Shown here in pieces: positions 1-10,241 of a stretch of 64,000 nucleotides of DNA. Both the position numbers and the translations under genes were made by a program. The DNA is from an uncultured Pseudomonadota bacterium (GTDB taxonomy: Bacteria > Pseudomonadota > Alphaproteobacteria > UBA9219), in assembly GCA_903919315.1 (NCBI GenBank), contig CAIXHP010000023.1, positions 30,031-94,030 on the forward strand, given 5' to 3'. The notes under the pieces were generated by a model. That model was not told the DNA's origin. It did not search any database and saw only the letters and a program-made list of their open reading frames with translations. Position 1 is the first letter of the stretch. Every line of letters starts with the position of its first letter.

Positions 1-712
1 TGAGCGCTGTATCGGCAAAGCGCACGTCTATGGTACCCGTCAGCGCCGCGATGGTGGGATCGGCCCCGTCGATCTTGCCATCAGAACGAATGGTTTCGAT
101 GCGCTCCAGGTTGTTGCTGTAGGTCAATTGCGCGCCAGTAACGTTGCCGAGCTGCACGCCGTCCTTTTTGACCGAACCCTGAAATTGGTTGAACCGCGTG
201 AGCGCCGCGACTGTTGGCACACCGCCACCGCTCACTGCTGCTTTGGTTTCACCCTGCGCGATGCAGTTGAGCGTGGCATCCGCCGCGCCCGAACGGGCAA
301 AGGACAGCTGCATGGAGTTGAGCCGCACGCCCATGTTGGTGAAGAAGGCCGGAATATCCGGCATGCCGACCTCAAGCGACAAGCTCGGAAGCGAGGACGC
401 GCCCGATATATAGGTATGAACATAAGGCCCGGCGCCCGTCGTGTCAGGCGGCCCCAAAAGGGCTTTGAGCCAGTGCCCGAAGTTGCGCACGTCGACCGGA
501 GCGACAATGTTGCCCTCGACCTTGATCACGTCGCGCATGGGCTGGGCAGGATCGCGGCCCTGACCGAGCAGGTTGGACGCAATCAGCCCCTGTTCCGAGC
601 CAAGCTCGGACGACACGAACGGGAACTTTATGAAGTTGCCGACCGGCGTAGTGCCGTAGACGGCCTCGAATTTACCCAATAGCTGCGCGTTCGCGCCATA
701 GGCACGTGCCAT
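1..712 (-). CDS. phage major tail (tail tube) protein, 3'-truncated at window edge
   Basis: Read manually from reverse complement: ATG at 712..710 preceded by AGGAGA; open frame MARAYGANAQLLGKFEAVYGTTPVGNF... runs off the window start; position after head-tail genes matches lambda gene order. Confidence 0.55.
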   Translation of the reverse strand, partial: MARAYGANAQLLGKFEAVYGTTPVGNFIKFPFVSSELGSEQGLIASNLLGQGRDPAQPMRDVIKVEGNIVAPVDVRNFGHWLKALLGPPDTTGAGPYVHTYISGASSLPSLSLEVGMPDIPAFFTNMGVRLNSMQLSFARSGAADATLNCIAQGETKAAVSGGGVPTVAALTRFNQFQGSVKKDGVQLGNVTGAQLTYSNNLERIETIRSDGKIDGADPTIAALTGTIDVRFADTAL

Positions 713-742
713 GATATTCTCCTGTTTTCAGTGGGTTAGGAT

Positions 743-1159
743 TTAGAGAAGCGGATCGTCGCTGGTGTAGACCAGAAGGACGGGGACAATCGCGCCCTTG
801 AAAGGGCCCGCGCCGTCAAGCGCCGTTTCACCTGTTTGCGGCGCGCCGGGCTGAATAAAATCACACAGGCCGCCCAACGTACGGTCAGCTGCGATTATTC
901 CACCAATGGCGACGAGCAGCGCATCAAGCGCGGCGTCATCTTTAGCGGTCACGACTTCAATGGTGGCGCTGTGTTCCCAAAGATACGAGGGCGGCGAAAG
1001 CGTCTGGCTTGGCTCGCCCGGAGCGCCGTCGCGAAGAATGACAAGACCGCCATTGGGAACCCGCTCAGGCAACGGCTCATTCCGAAGCGCCTTAATATCG
1101 GGCAACGTCTTCAGGCGTTCAAAAAAGGCGCTCAGGACTTGTTCGCGTTTGCTGGGCAT
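743..1159 (-). CDS. phage tail completion/head-tail protein (hypothetical)
   Basis: 138-aa ORF placed between the head genes and the tail gene; function inferred from position only. Confidence 0.45.
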   Translation of the reverse strand: MPSKREQVLSAFFERLKTLPDIKALRNEPLPERVPNGGLVILRDGAPGEPSQTLSPPSYLWEHSATIEVVTAKDDAALDALLVAIGGIIAADRTLGGLCDFIQPGAPQTGETALDGAGPFKGAIVPVLLVYTSDDPLL

Positions 1160-1165
1160 GGCGGC

Positions 1166-1840
1166 TCACTTGTCTTTGTTCTTGTTGTCATCATCCTGCC
1201 AGTTCTGGATGACCAGCTTGGGCACAAGGTCGATCCATTTCCTGGCGGCACTGTCGATATCGAAACGCTTCCGTATAGTCACTTGCGGGACGAGAATAAA
1301 GATCGGAACCGTCACAAGCCCACGGCCTGTTTTTATGGCCTTTGCGCTAGCGTCGGCAAACCCGCCGCGCTTGCCGGTACGCGCCCGCATGTCGTCGGCG
1401 ACAAGAAGCGAGGGCGCGCCACGGCGGTAAACGAAACGCAGCCGTTTGCCATGTGCCTGCTCCCAGCCGCCCGGCGTGATTTTCTTGCCCATGGCGTACT
1501 TGCCTGCCGCCGCCGTAGGGATCGCAAGGAAAAACCCTTTGCTGGAACGGATCACGGCCCCATAGGCGTAGCTGCGCACGATGTCAGGCGCTTTGCTCCA
1601 CACAAAACCGGCGGCGTTGATGCTCAGGCTGCCTTTGGGATAAACCTGTCCCCGCCATGTGTTGGCAAGGCGCTGGCCTAAACCTGCATTGGTGATCTGG
1701 CCCCGCAACTCAAGCTTCAGACCATCGGTCGCTTGGCGCACGCCTGCGGTCACGGCTTTCTCAGCCGAACGAACTTCCTCGGCCATGATTTTGTTGAGAT
1801 TGCCCTCAAGAGCGGCAACCAGTCGGGGAAACCCGCTCAC
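1166..1840 (-). CDS. phage virion structural protein (hypothetical)
   Basis: 224-aa ORF in the structural operon; tight spacing with neighbouring genes. Confidence 0.5.
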   Translation of the reverse strand: MSGFPRLVAALEGNLNKIMAEEVRSAEKAVTAGVRQATDGLKLELRGQITNAGLGQRLANTWRGQVYPKGSLSINAAGFVWSKAPDIVRSYAYGAVIRSSKGFFLAIPTAAAGKYAMGKKITPGGWEQAHGKRLRFVYRRGAPSLLVADDMRARTGKRGGFADASAKAIKTGRGLVTVPIFILVPQVTIRKRFDIDSAARKWIDLVPKLVIQNWQDDDNKNKDK

Positions 1841-2160
1841 GGCGTCTCCTGCCGCGCCTCAATCGACCATAACAGCCGCGTGGCATCGGCCATGGGCTGG
1901 CCTTGAACCACATACGACATGCCATTGATCACAAAGGCATCGCCTTCCTGCGGTTCAGGGATTTCGGATTGGCGTACCTCGATCAAGACGGCTCCTGCCA
2001 CCAGACGCGTTTCACCGAACGTGCCCAACTGGTCGGGACGGCGCAGAAGCACTTTGACGCTCTGCGCCGCCCCGCCAGTCTCGGGCTGGTAGATGGCATC
2101 GACGGCGATATTGGGATCCGTATAAAGATCGTCCATTGCCGCCTCAAACACGCCTTTCAT
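1837..2160 (-). CDS. phage head-tail connector/head closure protein (putative)
   Basis: 107-aa ORF immediately downstream of the major capsid gene; 4-bp overlap with the next gene. Confidence 0.5.
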   Translation of the reverse strand: MKGVFEAAMDDLYTDPNIAVDAIYQPETGGAAQSVKVLLRRPDQLGTFGETRLVAGAVLIEVRQSEIPEPQEGDAFVINGMSYVVQGQPMADATRLLWSIEARQETP

Positions 2161-2162
2161 TG

Positions 2163-3182
2163 TTAGTTGCTACTGAACAGGCGTACCGCAAGACGGGGGC
2201 GCTTGTTGACGGGCAGGATCGAGGACTCGGTACGAACCTCAATCGCGCCGCCATCGGGACGCGCCAGCTGACGCGCGTAGATCGGCAGACCGATGGTGTT
2301 GACCGTCTCGATCAGGTTGGCCGGAGCGCCGTAGGTCACGAAGGTGTCGAGCGTACCCAACGGGAACGCAATGCCTTCGCCTGCGGGCAGCAAGGTTTCC
2401 GTCTCGCCGGTGGAGAGCGTGACCGTGCCGACGTATTCCTCGAATACGATGCCCGCGAACGGGAAGCGGCGGCGCGCGTCTTCCCGCAAGGGTTGGGCAC
2501 CCGCCGAGTAGTATTTGTACGCTTCCTCGACCTTGCTATGCCCGATGAGCTTGTCGAAGAACTCCGGAGAGACGAGCGCAAGAACCGAGGTCATGCTTTC
2601 GCCTTTGAGTTCGCCTTCGATCTTACGCAGGACATCGCGCACTTTCGCCTGCACGTTCGTTCCCGCCGTGCCGAGGGTGAAGTCCGCCGACAGGCGCGTC
2701 AGGCCAAACACCTCGAAGTAATCATAGAGGGTCGTGCCCGCACCATCGCGGACTTCACCGCGCAGAGCGTTGACTTCCATGAACTCGCGGGTCTGGGCGT
2801 GCTTGGCGCGCATGCGCGTGAGCTTGCGCTCCATCAGCACGGCCAGAGGGTCGCTGGTGTCCGGCATCCCGTTGCCGCGCACGCCCTGAATATCCTGCGG
2901 CGTGATGTTGTCATCATGCGGGATCCACGGCACAGAGAACGAGCGCATGGAACGCACATCGCGGTTCGCCATAGTCGAAGGCCCGCCGAGCGGCACAGTA
3001 GGCAAGAGGTTCAACACGCCTTCAGCCTGTTCGATAAGCACCGAACGCTGCGTGACGCCCTCGAACCGGAACAGGCCAAGCTGGCCGAGGCGCGTGTAGA
3101 TATTAGGCAGGATGTTGATGGCCTGCGTCATTTCGGCAAGGCTGTAACCGCCCGCGTCGAAGGGATTGATAATAACAGTCAT
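2163..3182 (-). CDS. major capsid protein, lambda E family
   Basis: 339 aa; size and position after the decoration gene match lambda gpE-type capsids; terminator-like hairpin upstream. Confidence 0.8.
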   Translation of the reverse strand: MTVIINPFDAGGYSLAEMTQAINILPNIYTRLGQLGLFRFEGVTQRSVLIEQAEGVLNLLPTVPLGGPSTMANRDVRSMRSFSVPWIPHDDNITPQDIQGVRGNGMPDTSDPLAVLMERKLTRMRAKHAQTREFMEVNALRGEVRDGAGTTLYDYFEVFGLTRLSADFTLGTAGTNVQAKVRDVLRKIEGELKGESMTSVLALVSPEFFDKLIGHSKVEEAYKYYSAGAQPLREDARRRFPFAGIVFEEYVGTVTLSTGETETLLPAGEGIAFPLGTLDTFVTYGAPANLIETVNTIGLPIYARQLARPDGGAIEVRTESSILPVNKRPRLAVRLFSSN

Positions 3183-3204
3183 GGTTTTCTCCGGAAGTTA
3201 GGGA

Positions 3205-3232
3205 CAAAAAAACCGCCGGAAAGGCGGTTCGG
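3205..3232 (-). terminator. terminator-like hairpin between decoration and major capsid genes
   Basis: Minus-strand read AACCGCCTTTCCGGCGGTTTTTTTG. Confidence 0.5.
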
Positions 3233-3255
3233 GTGGGTCGAATGTTTATTGGGCG

Positions 3256-3651
3256 TTAGGCGGTGTCGCGGGCGACTAGCCCGTGAGTTGCAAGCTGGGC
3301 GATCTTGGCCGCTTTCTCCGCATCCAGATCGACGCTGCTGTCGTAAGCCAACGCCGCCTTGGAGAAGAGAATGGGGCCGCGCGCCGCAACGAGGCCGATG
3401 GCATCAGCCGTTGTGGCATCTACGATCTCCAGCAATACCGCGCAGGCGTTTTCCGCGCCTTCGTCGCCGACGACTTCGGCAATGGGTGAAGCGCGGTATT
3501 TGCCGGTCGCTGTGATTTTGCCGAGCACGGTGCCGATGGCATAGGCATAGGACGCGCCGGATTTCAGCGTAACGACCTCGCGGTTGTAGCGCGGCTCAAG
3601 CTCGTACTTAACGAGATCGCCGAGCGTGGGGTTTTGAGTGAGAGCAGTCAT
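3256..3651 (-). CDS. head decoration protein (lambda D-like)
   Basis: 131 aa, between the prohead protease and the major capsid gene. Confidence 0.7.
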   Translation of the reverse strand: MTALTQNPTLGDLVKYELEPRYNREVVTLKSGASYAYAIGTVLGKITATGKYRASPIAEVVGDEGAENACAVLLEIVDATTADAIGLVAARGPILFSKAALAYDSSVDLDAEKAAKIAQLATHGLVARDTA

Positions 3652-3683
3652 AATGTTTTCTCCTTTGGGTTATGTGAGAGGAA

Positions 3684-4997
3684 TTACGCCTTGGCCTTCT
3701 CGGCGGCCGCGCGAGCGCGGCGGATGATGGGGCTATCGACGGCGGTGGCTGTGTTCGTCGTAGCGGCGACGATGCCGGTCGCGTTGGAACGCACCGCCAA
3801 TTCGTCGAGAACGGCACGGCGCATGGCATCGGGTTTGACACCGCGCGCCATCGCATCCGCCACGTCGAGATTGACGCCGAGCCTTGCCGCTTGCGCGGCG
3901 ACCTGCGCCAGCTCGGCGTAATCGCCCCGCAGCTTTTCAGTCACACGCGCTTCGATAGCCGCAGGATCCGGTGCAGCGTGCACAGGTGCCGCAGCCATCG
4001 GCGCGGGACTATTTTCAGCAGTAGTGGGTTGGGCGACGACAGGCGTAGCCGTCGCCGCGATTTCCGGCTGCTGGATTTCAGTCATAGGATTTTGGGCGTT
4101 CATAAAAGTGTCCTTTCGGTTTGGGTTGAGAAATGAAAAGGAACGGGCGGAAGAGCCTATGGCCGTTATCGCCGCATCGCGGCTCATGACGGCGTCGGCA
4201 AGTCCGGCAGTTACGGCAAGCTCACCGCGATAGGTCGCAGCCTCGGTGGTGCGAACGGTATCAGCGGACAGATTGCGGTTGTGGGCCACCAGTGCAACAA
4301 AGCGTTCATAAAGCTGATCAACATCCGCCTGAATGTCTGTGCGGGCGCGATCCGACAGCGGTTCGTGCGCGTTGGCATCGACCTTGCGCTGGCCCGCATA
4401 GATGAAGTTCCATGCAAGGCCAGCTTGTTCGTCCGCGCCGCTTTCATCGATATGAACGGCGACGACACCGATGGAGCCTGCTTCCGCCGTTTGCGTCACA
4501 AGCACGCGGTCGGCGCAACAAGCGATGGCGTAGGCAGCCGACAAGGCGTTTTCGTGCGCGAGCGCCCAGAGCGGTTTGGCATTGGCCTGGCGCAAGGCCG
4601 TAATTCGGTCGCACAGATCGAACAGACCGCCGACTTCGCCGCCCGGCGAGTCAATCTCCAGCAACACGGCGCGCACAGCAGGATCCGTCATCGCCGTTTC
4701 GATATGCTCGCCAACATCTGCGTAGCTGGTCAGACCGCTTGCTGCAGAAAGATAGCTGGATCGCATCACAAGCGTGCCGAACACAGGGATAATGGCCACG
4801 CCATCTGACGTGACCTGCACCGCCGTTTCAGAAACCGGCCCATCAATCGCATCGTCCTGCGTGTTGAGCGTCGCAGAAAGACCCGTTAGACGCGGCCCCA
4901 CCACCGAGAGCAGGACATCCAGCTTTGGGCGAGCCAGCATAAGCGGCGTTCCAAGCAGGCGCGACGCGATATGCGGAAGATTATGCATTTTGATCAT
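3684..4997 (-). CDS. S49-family prohead protease with C-terminal scaffold region (lambda C-like)
   Basis: SppA/ClpP-fold motifs (AVLLEIDSPGG, SAAYAIACCADRV); Ala/Gln-rich C-terminal tail; sits after the portal gene. Confidence 0.8.
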   Translation of the reverse strand: MIKMHNLPHIASRLLGTPLMLARPKLDVLLSVVGPRLTGLSATLNTQDDAIDGPVSETAVQVTSDGVAIIPVFGTLVMRSSYLSAASGLTSYADVGEHIETAMTDPAVRAVLLEIDSPGGEVGGLFDLCDRITALRQANAKPLWALAHENALSAAYAIACCADRVLVTQTAEAGSIGVVAVHIDESGADEQAGLAWNFIYAGQRKVDANAHEPLSDRARTDIQADVDQLYERFVALVAHNRNLSADTVRTTEAATYRGELAVTAGLADAVMSRDAAITAIGSSARSFSFLNPNRKDTFMNAQNPMTEIQQPEIAATATPVVAQPTTAENSPAPMAAAPVHAAPDPAAIEARVTEKLRGDYAELAQVAAQAARLGVNLDVADAMARGVKPDAMRRAVLDELAVRSNATGIVAATTNTATAVDSPIIRRARAAAEKAKA

Positions 4998-6459
4998 TTG
5001 TTTGTTGATCCTGTTGCGTAGTGTCGCCGGAATTGCCGTCCTGCAGCATCTGTGGCTGCATGTCGGCTGGCGTGAAGGTGATGCCTAACTTCGCCTCGCG
5101 CTGGCGGTCGGCAGCAATCTCGGCATCGACTTGCGCGGGATCGTACCCACGCTCTGTGATGGCTTGTGTCCGGCTCTTCAGCCCCGCATTGATCAGCTCG
5201 ATCTCGGCGCGAGCGTCTTTGAGCGGATCGACCCAGTCCCACTTGGGCGGCAGCCAATCGCAGGACAGATACTCGAAGCGTTTGACTTCGTAGCCCCGCA
5301 GGGTAACTGCGCCGGAAAGAACAGCCATGTCCATCCAGCGTTCCCAAACGCGGCGGCACATCTGCCAGACCATGACCGCGTGCTGCCATGCCTCCACACG
5401 ACGCCGGAACTCAAGCAACGCCATGCGCGAGTTGGAATAGTTCGCCTTCAGCATGTCGCCGGAGACGTAGGCGTAAGGCACGCCCGATGCCGCCGCTATC
5501 TGCAGCAAGGTGCGGTATTGAAACGGCTCATAAGTCTGCCCCACATCGGCAGGAGCCGACGTTTCGACCGTTTCGCCCGGCGCAAGTTCCATAATCTGGC
5601 CGGGTTGCACGTCAAGCACCCGGTCTTCGTCTTTCTCGTCCACGCCATCGGGCGGTGCAGGAGTCGTGATAAACATTGCGTACATTGCCGCGACTTTTTT
5701 GCGGTCAAGCTCGGCGTCGTCGTATTGATCGAGCAGAAACAGCTTCACGATGGCGGGGGCAAGACGCGACACGCCGCGCAGCTGCCCCGCATCCGCCGCA
5801 TCGTACAAATGGATGACATCCAGCGCGGGCACGCGCACGGTCTCCATCGTCAAATCCAGTTGCGTCAGATCGCCCGGATGGCGGCGCAGAAAATGATAGG
5901 CCACCCGTTGGCCGTTTTTGTTAAACTCGATACCGCAGCGAATGACGTTGCCGTTGGCCAGAAGCTCGTTCTTGAGCATAGGCAGCATCTCGGTCGGCAG
6001 AAGCTGCAGCTGAAGCGGCACTTCCAGTCCTGACGAGGACGGTTGCGGGCGGAACACGAGAAACACTTCGCCCGTGATGAACATCTCCCGCGTGGCGCGG
6101 CGTTGCAGTCCCCCAAAATCCGTCAGCCCTTCGACATCGGCTGCGTCCGTCCATCGCGACCACAATCCCATGACCCGCGTCTTGGCGCGGGGATTGGTGA
6201 TGCGGCTCGAAGGATTGATCCCTGTGCCGACGGCATTGCCTGTCCAGCTTTCCGCCGCATTAGCGGCGTAGCCATTGTTGCGCACCAGATAACGCGCGCG
6301 GGCCGTTATGTCCGCGCCTGCGCCCATGAGCAGTGTGTTCAGGTGGAGCCGCGAGGGCATGAACTTCCGCAAACGCCGATTACTCTGCGCCGCTTCGAAG
6401 CCGCCGATATGTCCCATGGAACCGCGCCACAGGTTGGACATGCTTTTTAACAGGCCCAT
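4981..6459 (-). CDS. portal protein (lambda gpB family)
   Basis: 492 aa; placed between gpW and the protease; acidic, Gln-rich C-terminus. Confidence 0.8.
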   Translation of the reverse strand: MGLLKSMSNLWRGSMGHIGGFEAAQSNRRLRKFMPSRLHLNTLLMGAGADITARARYLVRNNGYAANAAESWTGNAVGTGINPSSRITNPRAKTRVMGLWSRWTDAADVEGLTDFGGLQRRATREMFITGEVFLVFRPQPSSSGLEVPLQLQLLPTEMLPMLKNELLANGNVIRCGIEFNKNGQRVAYHFLRRHPGDLTQLDLTMETVRVPALDVIHLYDAADAGQLRGVSRLAPAIVKLFLLDQYDDAELDRKKVAAMYAMFITTPAPPDGVDEKDEDRVLDVQPGQIMELAPGETVETSAPADVGQTYEPFQYRTLLQIAAASGVPYAYVSGDMLKANYSNSRMALLEFRRRVEAWQHAVMVWQMCRRVWERWMDMAVLSGAVTLRGYEVKRFEYLSCDWLPPKWDWVDPLKDARAEIELINAGLKSRTQAITERGYDPAQVDAEIAADRQREAKLGITFTPADMQPQMLQDGNSGDTTQQDQQTNDQNA

Positions 6460-6462
6460 GCG

Positions 6463-6675
6463 TTACAGCCCTTTGCTGGCGGAGGTCAGGATGGTGCGGC
6501 GCGACTTGCCGCTTTCCGCAACAGCAATGCGGCGCTCAAGGTCAGTGAGGGCCGAGGCCATTTCAGCATCGGTCGCGTAAACAATCCGCCGTCCTTCAAT
6601 CTCGACGGTACGCACGCCGCGCCACCGTGCGGCCAGCAGCGCCTCGCGCCGGGCTTTCATGTCATCGAGCGTCAT
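6463..6675 (-). CDS. head-tail joining protein gpW
   Basis: 70 aa, between terminase large subunit and portal, as in lambda. Confidence 0.7.
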   Translation of the reverse strand: MTLDDMKARREALLAARWRGVRTVEIEGRRIVYATDAEMASALTDLERRIAVAESGKSRRTILTSASKGL

Positions 6676-6679
6676 GGGG

Positions 6680-8650
6680 TTAATCCAGATAACTTGAGCG
6701 GTGAACTTTGTGTTTGGAAGAATGTTTCGTGTGCAGCACGCCCGCTATGCGTTCAGCGGGTTTGTCGGGCTGCAGTCCTTCTTCGTCCTTTACGACGCCG
6801 ACTTGCTGTTCCAGTTCCTTCCACTTGCGTTCATGGAACCAGTCAATCCCCACAAGCCACGCGGCGGCGCGCGCATAAACCCGGCAATCCAGCGCCTCGT
6901 TGCGATCCCTGATCTTCTGCCATTCGAACTTTGAGAAGCCGCGTTTGGTTTTTACCGTAACCAGTTGCTCTGCCGTGAGCTGTTTGATCCAGTCATCTGT
7001 CGTGCCTTGCGGCAGATGGATGGTGCCGGGCGCGAACAGAACGCCTTGAGCTAATTCCTCAGCCGTAGGCCGCGCTAGACGCAGGAAACGATAGGTCTCC
7101 GCCTTGAACGTCGAACCCGCGACCGTCCATATCTTTGCGCCGCGCCGAATCTTGCGCCCGCCTTCGGTCGCGTCCACATACGTCGGCCCGGAAACGGGGC
7201 TGGCGCGGTTAAAACTATCCACCCCCTTGACCGCGATGACCTGAGGACTCCCCATCTTACGCGTCCAGCTATAGACGGCAGGAGCAGCGTGGCCGGAGTC
7301 GATGGCCAGTTTAGCAATCGTCAACTGCGGGCCGTTCTCATGCGGCCATGTGCGCGTGAGCAAGGCGGTCAGATCATCCCAGACCTGCTGGTCATCCGGC
7401 CCACCATTAAGCACAATATGATCGACCAGCCAGCTTTCAAGGCCGCGACCCCACGCCCAGATGTCGGCTTCGATGCGGTCTTTTTGAACGTCAACGCCTG
7501 CGGTGAGGAATAATCCGCCTTTGGGCACAATACCGATATGGCAAGTCTCCCTGCGGTCGCAGAGGATTTGCCAATCGGGCGCTTCGCCGCTCTCAACCCA
7601 TGTTTCGCCAAGCACGCTGTTCTTGAATCCTTTCAGGGCTTCGTCGTTGCCTTGCGCCGCTTCCCATTCCCGCACGATACGCTCCCAACTCAGCCAACCA
7701 TGCGGCGAATAAAGACTTGAGATGTGGAACCCAACCGTCAACGGATCGGCGCTGACGGCTGTTGCCCGCCACTCGCCGTTCTCCAGCATGAAGGTTTTGT
7801 GCCGCTCTTCGATCCGCGCCTCGCAGTGCTCGCAGAAATAGGCAGCCGACTCCGGATGACCTTTCTCCCAGCGCAGACGCTCAAACTTGAGAACCTGCTT
7901 TTCGCCGCAGTGGGGACACGGCACGAAATATTTACGCTGGTCGCTCGCTTCGTATTCGCGTTCGATGCGCGAGATGCCCCTGATCGTGGGCGTCGAGCAC
8001 AGGAACACTTTACGTCGCCACGCGAAGGTGCGTGTGCGGGCTTCGGCCAGCGCAACAGGATCGCCTTCTTCCCCCGCGCTGGCGGGATAAGCGTCGATCT
8101 CGTCCAGAAACAGATACCGCGCGGGCATCGAGCGAAGCCCAACCGCGCTGTTCGCGCCAGTCATCACCAGAATGCCGCCCGGAAACTCTTTCGAAAGAAT
8201 TGTGTTGCCGCTGTCCCGTGACCTTGGAGGCGCAACGCGCTCGCGCAGCACCGGACATTCCTCAATCAGCGGTTCGATGCGTTGCTGACTAAAGCGTCGC
8301 GCAAGTTCGACCGTAGGCTGTACCGCCATCATCGGGCCGGGCGCGTGATGGATGACATAACCGATCCAGTTATTGCCGCATTCCGTGCCGCCTAGCTGCG
8401 CGCCTTTCATCAGAACGATGCGCTGGTAAGGCGAACATGGCGACAGCGCGTTCATAGGCTCGCGCAAATACGGTGTCCGGCTTGTGCGCCAAGGCCCGGC
8501 TTCGTTTGCGCCGCGCGGCGAAAGAATGCGGTTCTCGTCGGCCCACGTTGGCACGGTGTGATCCGGATCGGGCCTTAGGCCATCGGCCCAGCCGCGCAAA
8601 ATCTCATCCGCGCCGTCGAAGGCGGCGAAGTTTTCTTCGATGCCGACCAT
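6680..8650 (-). CDS. terminase large subunit (lambda gpA-like)
   Basis: 656 aa; ATPase and nuclease regions; ATGA overlap with the upstream TerS gene. Confidence 0.85.
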   Translation of the reverse strand: MVGIEENFAAFDGADEILRGWADGLRPDPDHTVPTWADENRILSPRGANEAGPWRTSRTPYLREPMNALSPCSPYQRIVLMKGAQLGGTECGNNWIGYVIHHAPGPMMAVQPTVELARRFSQQRIEPLIEECPVLRERVAPPRSRDSGNTILSKEFPGGILVMTGANSAVGLRSMPARYLFLDEIDAYPASAGEEGDPVALAEARTRTFAWRRKVFLCSTPTIRGISRIEREYEASDQRKYFVPCPHCGEKQVLKFERLRWEKGHPESAAYFCEHCEARIEERHKTFMLENGEWRATAVSADPLTVGFHISSLYSPHGWLSWERIVREWEAAQGNDEALKGFKNSVLGETWVESGEAPDWQILCDRRETCHIGIVPKGGLFLTAGVDVQKDRIEADIWAWGRGLESWLVDHIVLNGGPDDQQVWDDLTALLTRTWPHENGPQLTIAKLAIDSGHAAPAVYSWTRKMGSPQVIAVKGVDSFNRASPVSGPTYVDATEGGRKIRRGAKIWTVAGSTFKAETYRFLRLARPTAEELAQGVLFAPGTIHLPQGTTDDWIKQLTAEQLVTVKTKRGFSKFEWQKIRDRNEALDCRVYARAAAWLVGIDWFHERKWKELEQQVGVVKDEEGLQPDKPAERIAGVLHTKHSSKHKVHRSSYLD

Positions 8651-9210
8651 TAGCGCAACTCGATTTTGAGTTCCGCCAGATCCGACAGTTGTTCACGCAC
8701 AAGCTTTGAAAGTGCGTTCTGGACAGTATGCGTGTCCGCGCCGATCTCGGCAGCCAACGTAGCCGCCACGCGCGCAGGCCATAGCTGCCATGCATCGCGT
8801 TCTTGGTGAGCTAGACGATAGACCAGCGCGATGGCTTGTGCTCGGTCGACCAGCTCTCCCTTCAGCCGTTGAAGCTTGACCCGGCGTTCCTGTGCTTTCA
8901 GGACTTCATTGGCTGTGCGGGCTTGTAGAAAGGTTGTTCCACCTCCAGTGACAGGTGCTTGTCCCGTTTCGCGCAGCGTGTCGCCGACCGCTCGCACGGC
9001 TGCTTCCGGCACCGCTTTGACTTTCGGCGCTGCCGAGGCCTTTGTGCGCACCTGCGTGGGATCCGTGTTTGTGGCAAGGGACGCCAGCGCCTTGTCGGGG
9101 TTGATGGTACCATCGCTTTCAAGCCGGATGCGCCCGGAAGCGATGGCTTTTTGCACCGCGCCGCGACTTTTGCCCCAGAGCGCCGCGAATTCTCGTTGAC
9201 TGACTCCCAT
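8650..9210 (-). CDS. terminase small subunit (HTH)
   Basis: 186 aa; N-terminal HTH (REFAALWGKSRGAVQKAI); directly upstream of and overlapping TerL. Confidence 0.7.
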   Translation of the reverse strand: MGVSQREFAALWGKSRGAVQKAIASGRIRLESDGTINPDKALASLATNTDPTQVRTKASAAPKVKAVPEAAVRAVGDTLRETGQAPVTGGGTTFLQARTANEVLKAQERRVKLQRLKGELVDRAQAIALVYRLAHQERDAWQLWPARVAATLAAEIGADTHTVQNALSKLVREQLSDLAELKIELR

Positions 9211-9345
9211 GCCTCATTTCCTGCGCCCCGTCGTCAATCATGATCATTTGATGATCCGTTCGGCGCGAACAACGCCATTAGATGATCCCTTATTCACTGG
9301 ATAATCCGCGCGAATGAAGCGTTCATGTTGATGAAAGGATCAACA

Positions 9346-9687
9346 ATGAGCGCCACAAATGCCAATCCGTTTCCTACTTACAAAGGGTTTGGATTGCGCG
9401 TGGCCAATGCCAAACGCGCCCTTGAACGATTAGGCCGTGACAGTCTGGCGCGGATTTACACGCGTGGCTTCGATAGTTGCTTCGAACACTTCGATGGCAA
9501 GGCCGTTATTTGGCAACTCATGCACGATGCCTTGAATGGAAACGCCGATCTTGAGCGCGGGATCCGCAATTTAGGCCGCACGTGTTGGGATGAATGGCTC
9601 GTTCTTCACAACACAGCGCAAGGCACGCCTGACCAAGACCTATTTCTGGCCAACCCAAACACAACAACCCAAACGAAAGGAGAATAA
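9346..9687 (+). CDS. hypothetical phage protein
   Basis: ORF with AAAGGA RBS ahead of ATG 9346; diverges from terS. Confidence 0.5.
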   Translation: MSATNANPFPTYKGFGLRVANAKRALERLGRDSLARIYTRGFDSCFEHFDGKAVIWQLMHDALNGNADLERGIRNLGRTCWDEWLVLHNTAQGTPDQDLFLANPNTTTQTKGE

Positions 9688-9689
9688 TC

Positions 9690-10100
9690 ATGTCAAAGAA
9701 ACCCAAAGCAAAAAAGACCAACAAACCAAAGCCGGTAACCAGCACCCCGGCCAAGAACGCCGCCGAGTACGTCGCGCGCGGCAAATATCGCAAGCTGGCG
9801 ATTGCGGAAAAACCAGCGGTGCCCCAAACCCCGATGGACGCGGGACTTGCCGCAGTCGCAGCCATGAAACCTGCAAGTTCCGCACCTGCCAAGGAAACCA
9901 AACTCACGAAAGTGATTGAACTTCTGAGCCGTCCCGACGGCGCGACAATCGACCAGCTTGTCGATGCCACTGGGTGGCAGAAACATACGGTTCGGGCCGC
10001 CCTTTCCCATGCGCTCGGCAAGAAACGTGGTTACAAAATCGTTTCCGACAAGGAAAAAGGCGGAAAGCGCACCTACAAGATCGCCGAACCTAAGCAATGA
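9690..10100 (+). CDS. DUF3489-family protein
   Basis: C-terminal motif KLTKVIELLSRPDGATIDQLVDATGWQKHTVRAALS...GGKRTYKI, characteristic of alphaproteobacterial DUF3489; AAAGGAGA RBS. Confidence 0.7.
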   Translation: MSKKPKAKKTNKPKPVTSTPAKNAAEYVARGKYRKLAIAEKPAVPQTPMDAGLAAVAAMKPASSAPAKETKLTKVIELLSRPDGATIDQLVDATGWQKHTVRAALSHALGKKRGYKIVSDKEKGGKRTYKIAEPKQ

Positions 10101-10241
10101 AATGATCGTCAGCGCCGGTTGATTATCAAACAATCAATCGGCGCCTTTCTTCGCAATCAGATGATCCCTAATTGAGTTGATAATCTTGCAGTGAAGAGCG
10201 TGAATGACCATGTGATTAGAAGCCAATTTATGGAGACGAAC

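Noticed and set aside
128-682. 184-aa plus-strand ORF at the window start
   Set aside because: It is a shadow of the minus-strand tail gene, which has an AGGAGA RBS and fits phage gene order.
2136-3515. 459-aa plus-strand ORF overlapping the capsid and decoration genes, and similar long Arg-rich ORFs (836..1681+, 16417..17772+, 40114..40914+, 41125..42198+, 49319..51109+, 54310..55356+, 56163..57257+)
   Set aside because: High-GC antisense shadow ORFs: Arg/Gly/His-rich, no RBS, each opposite a well-supported gene.
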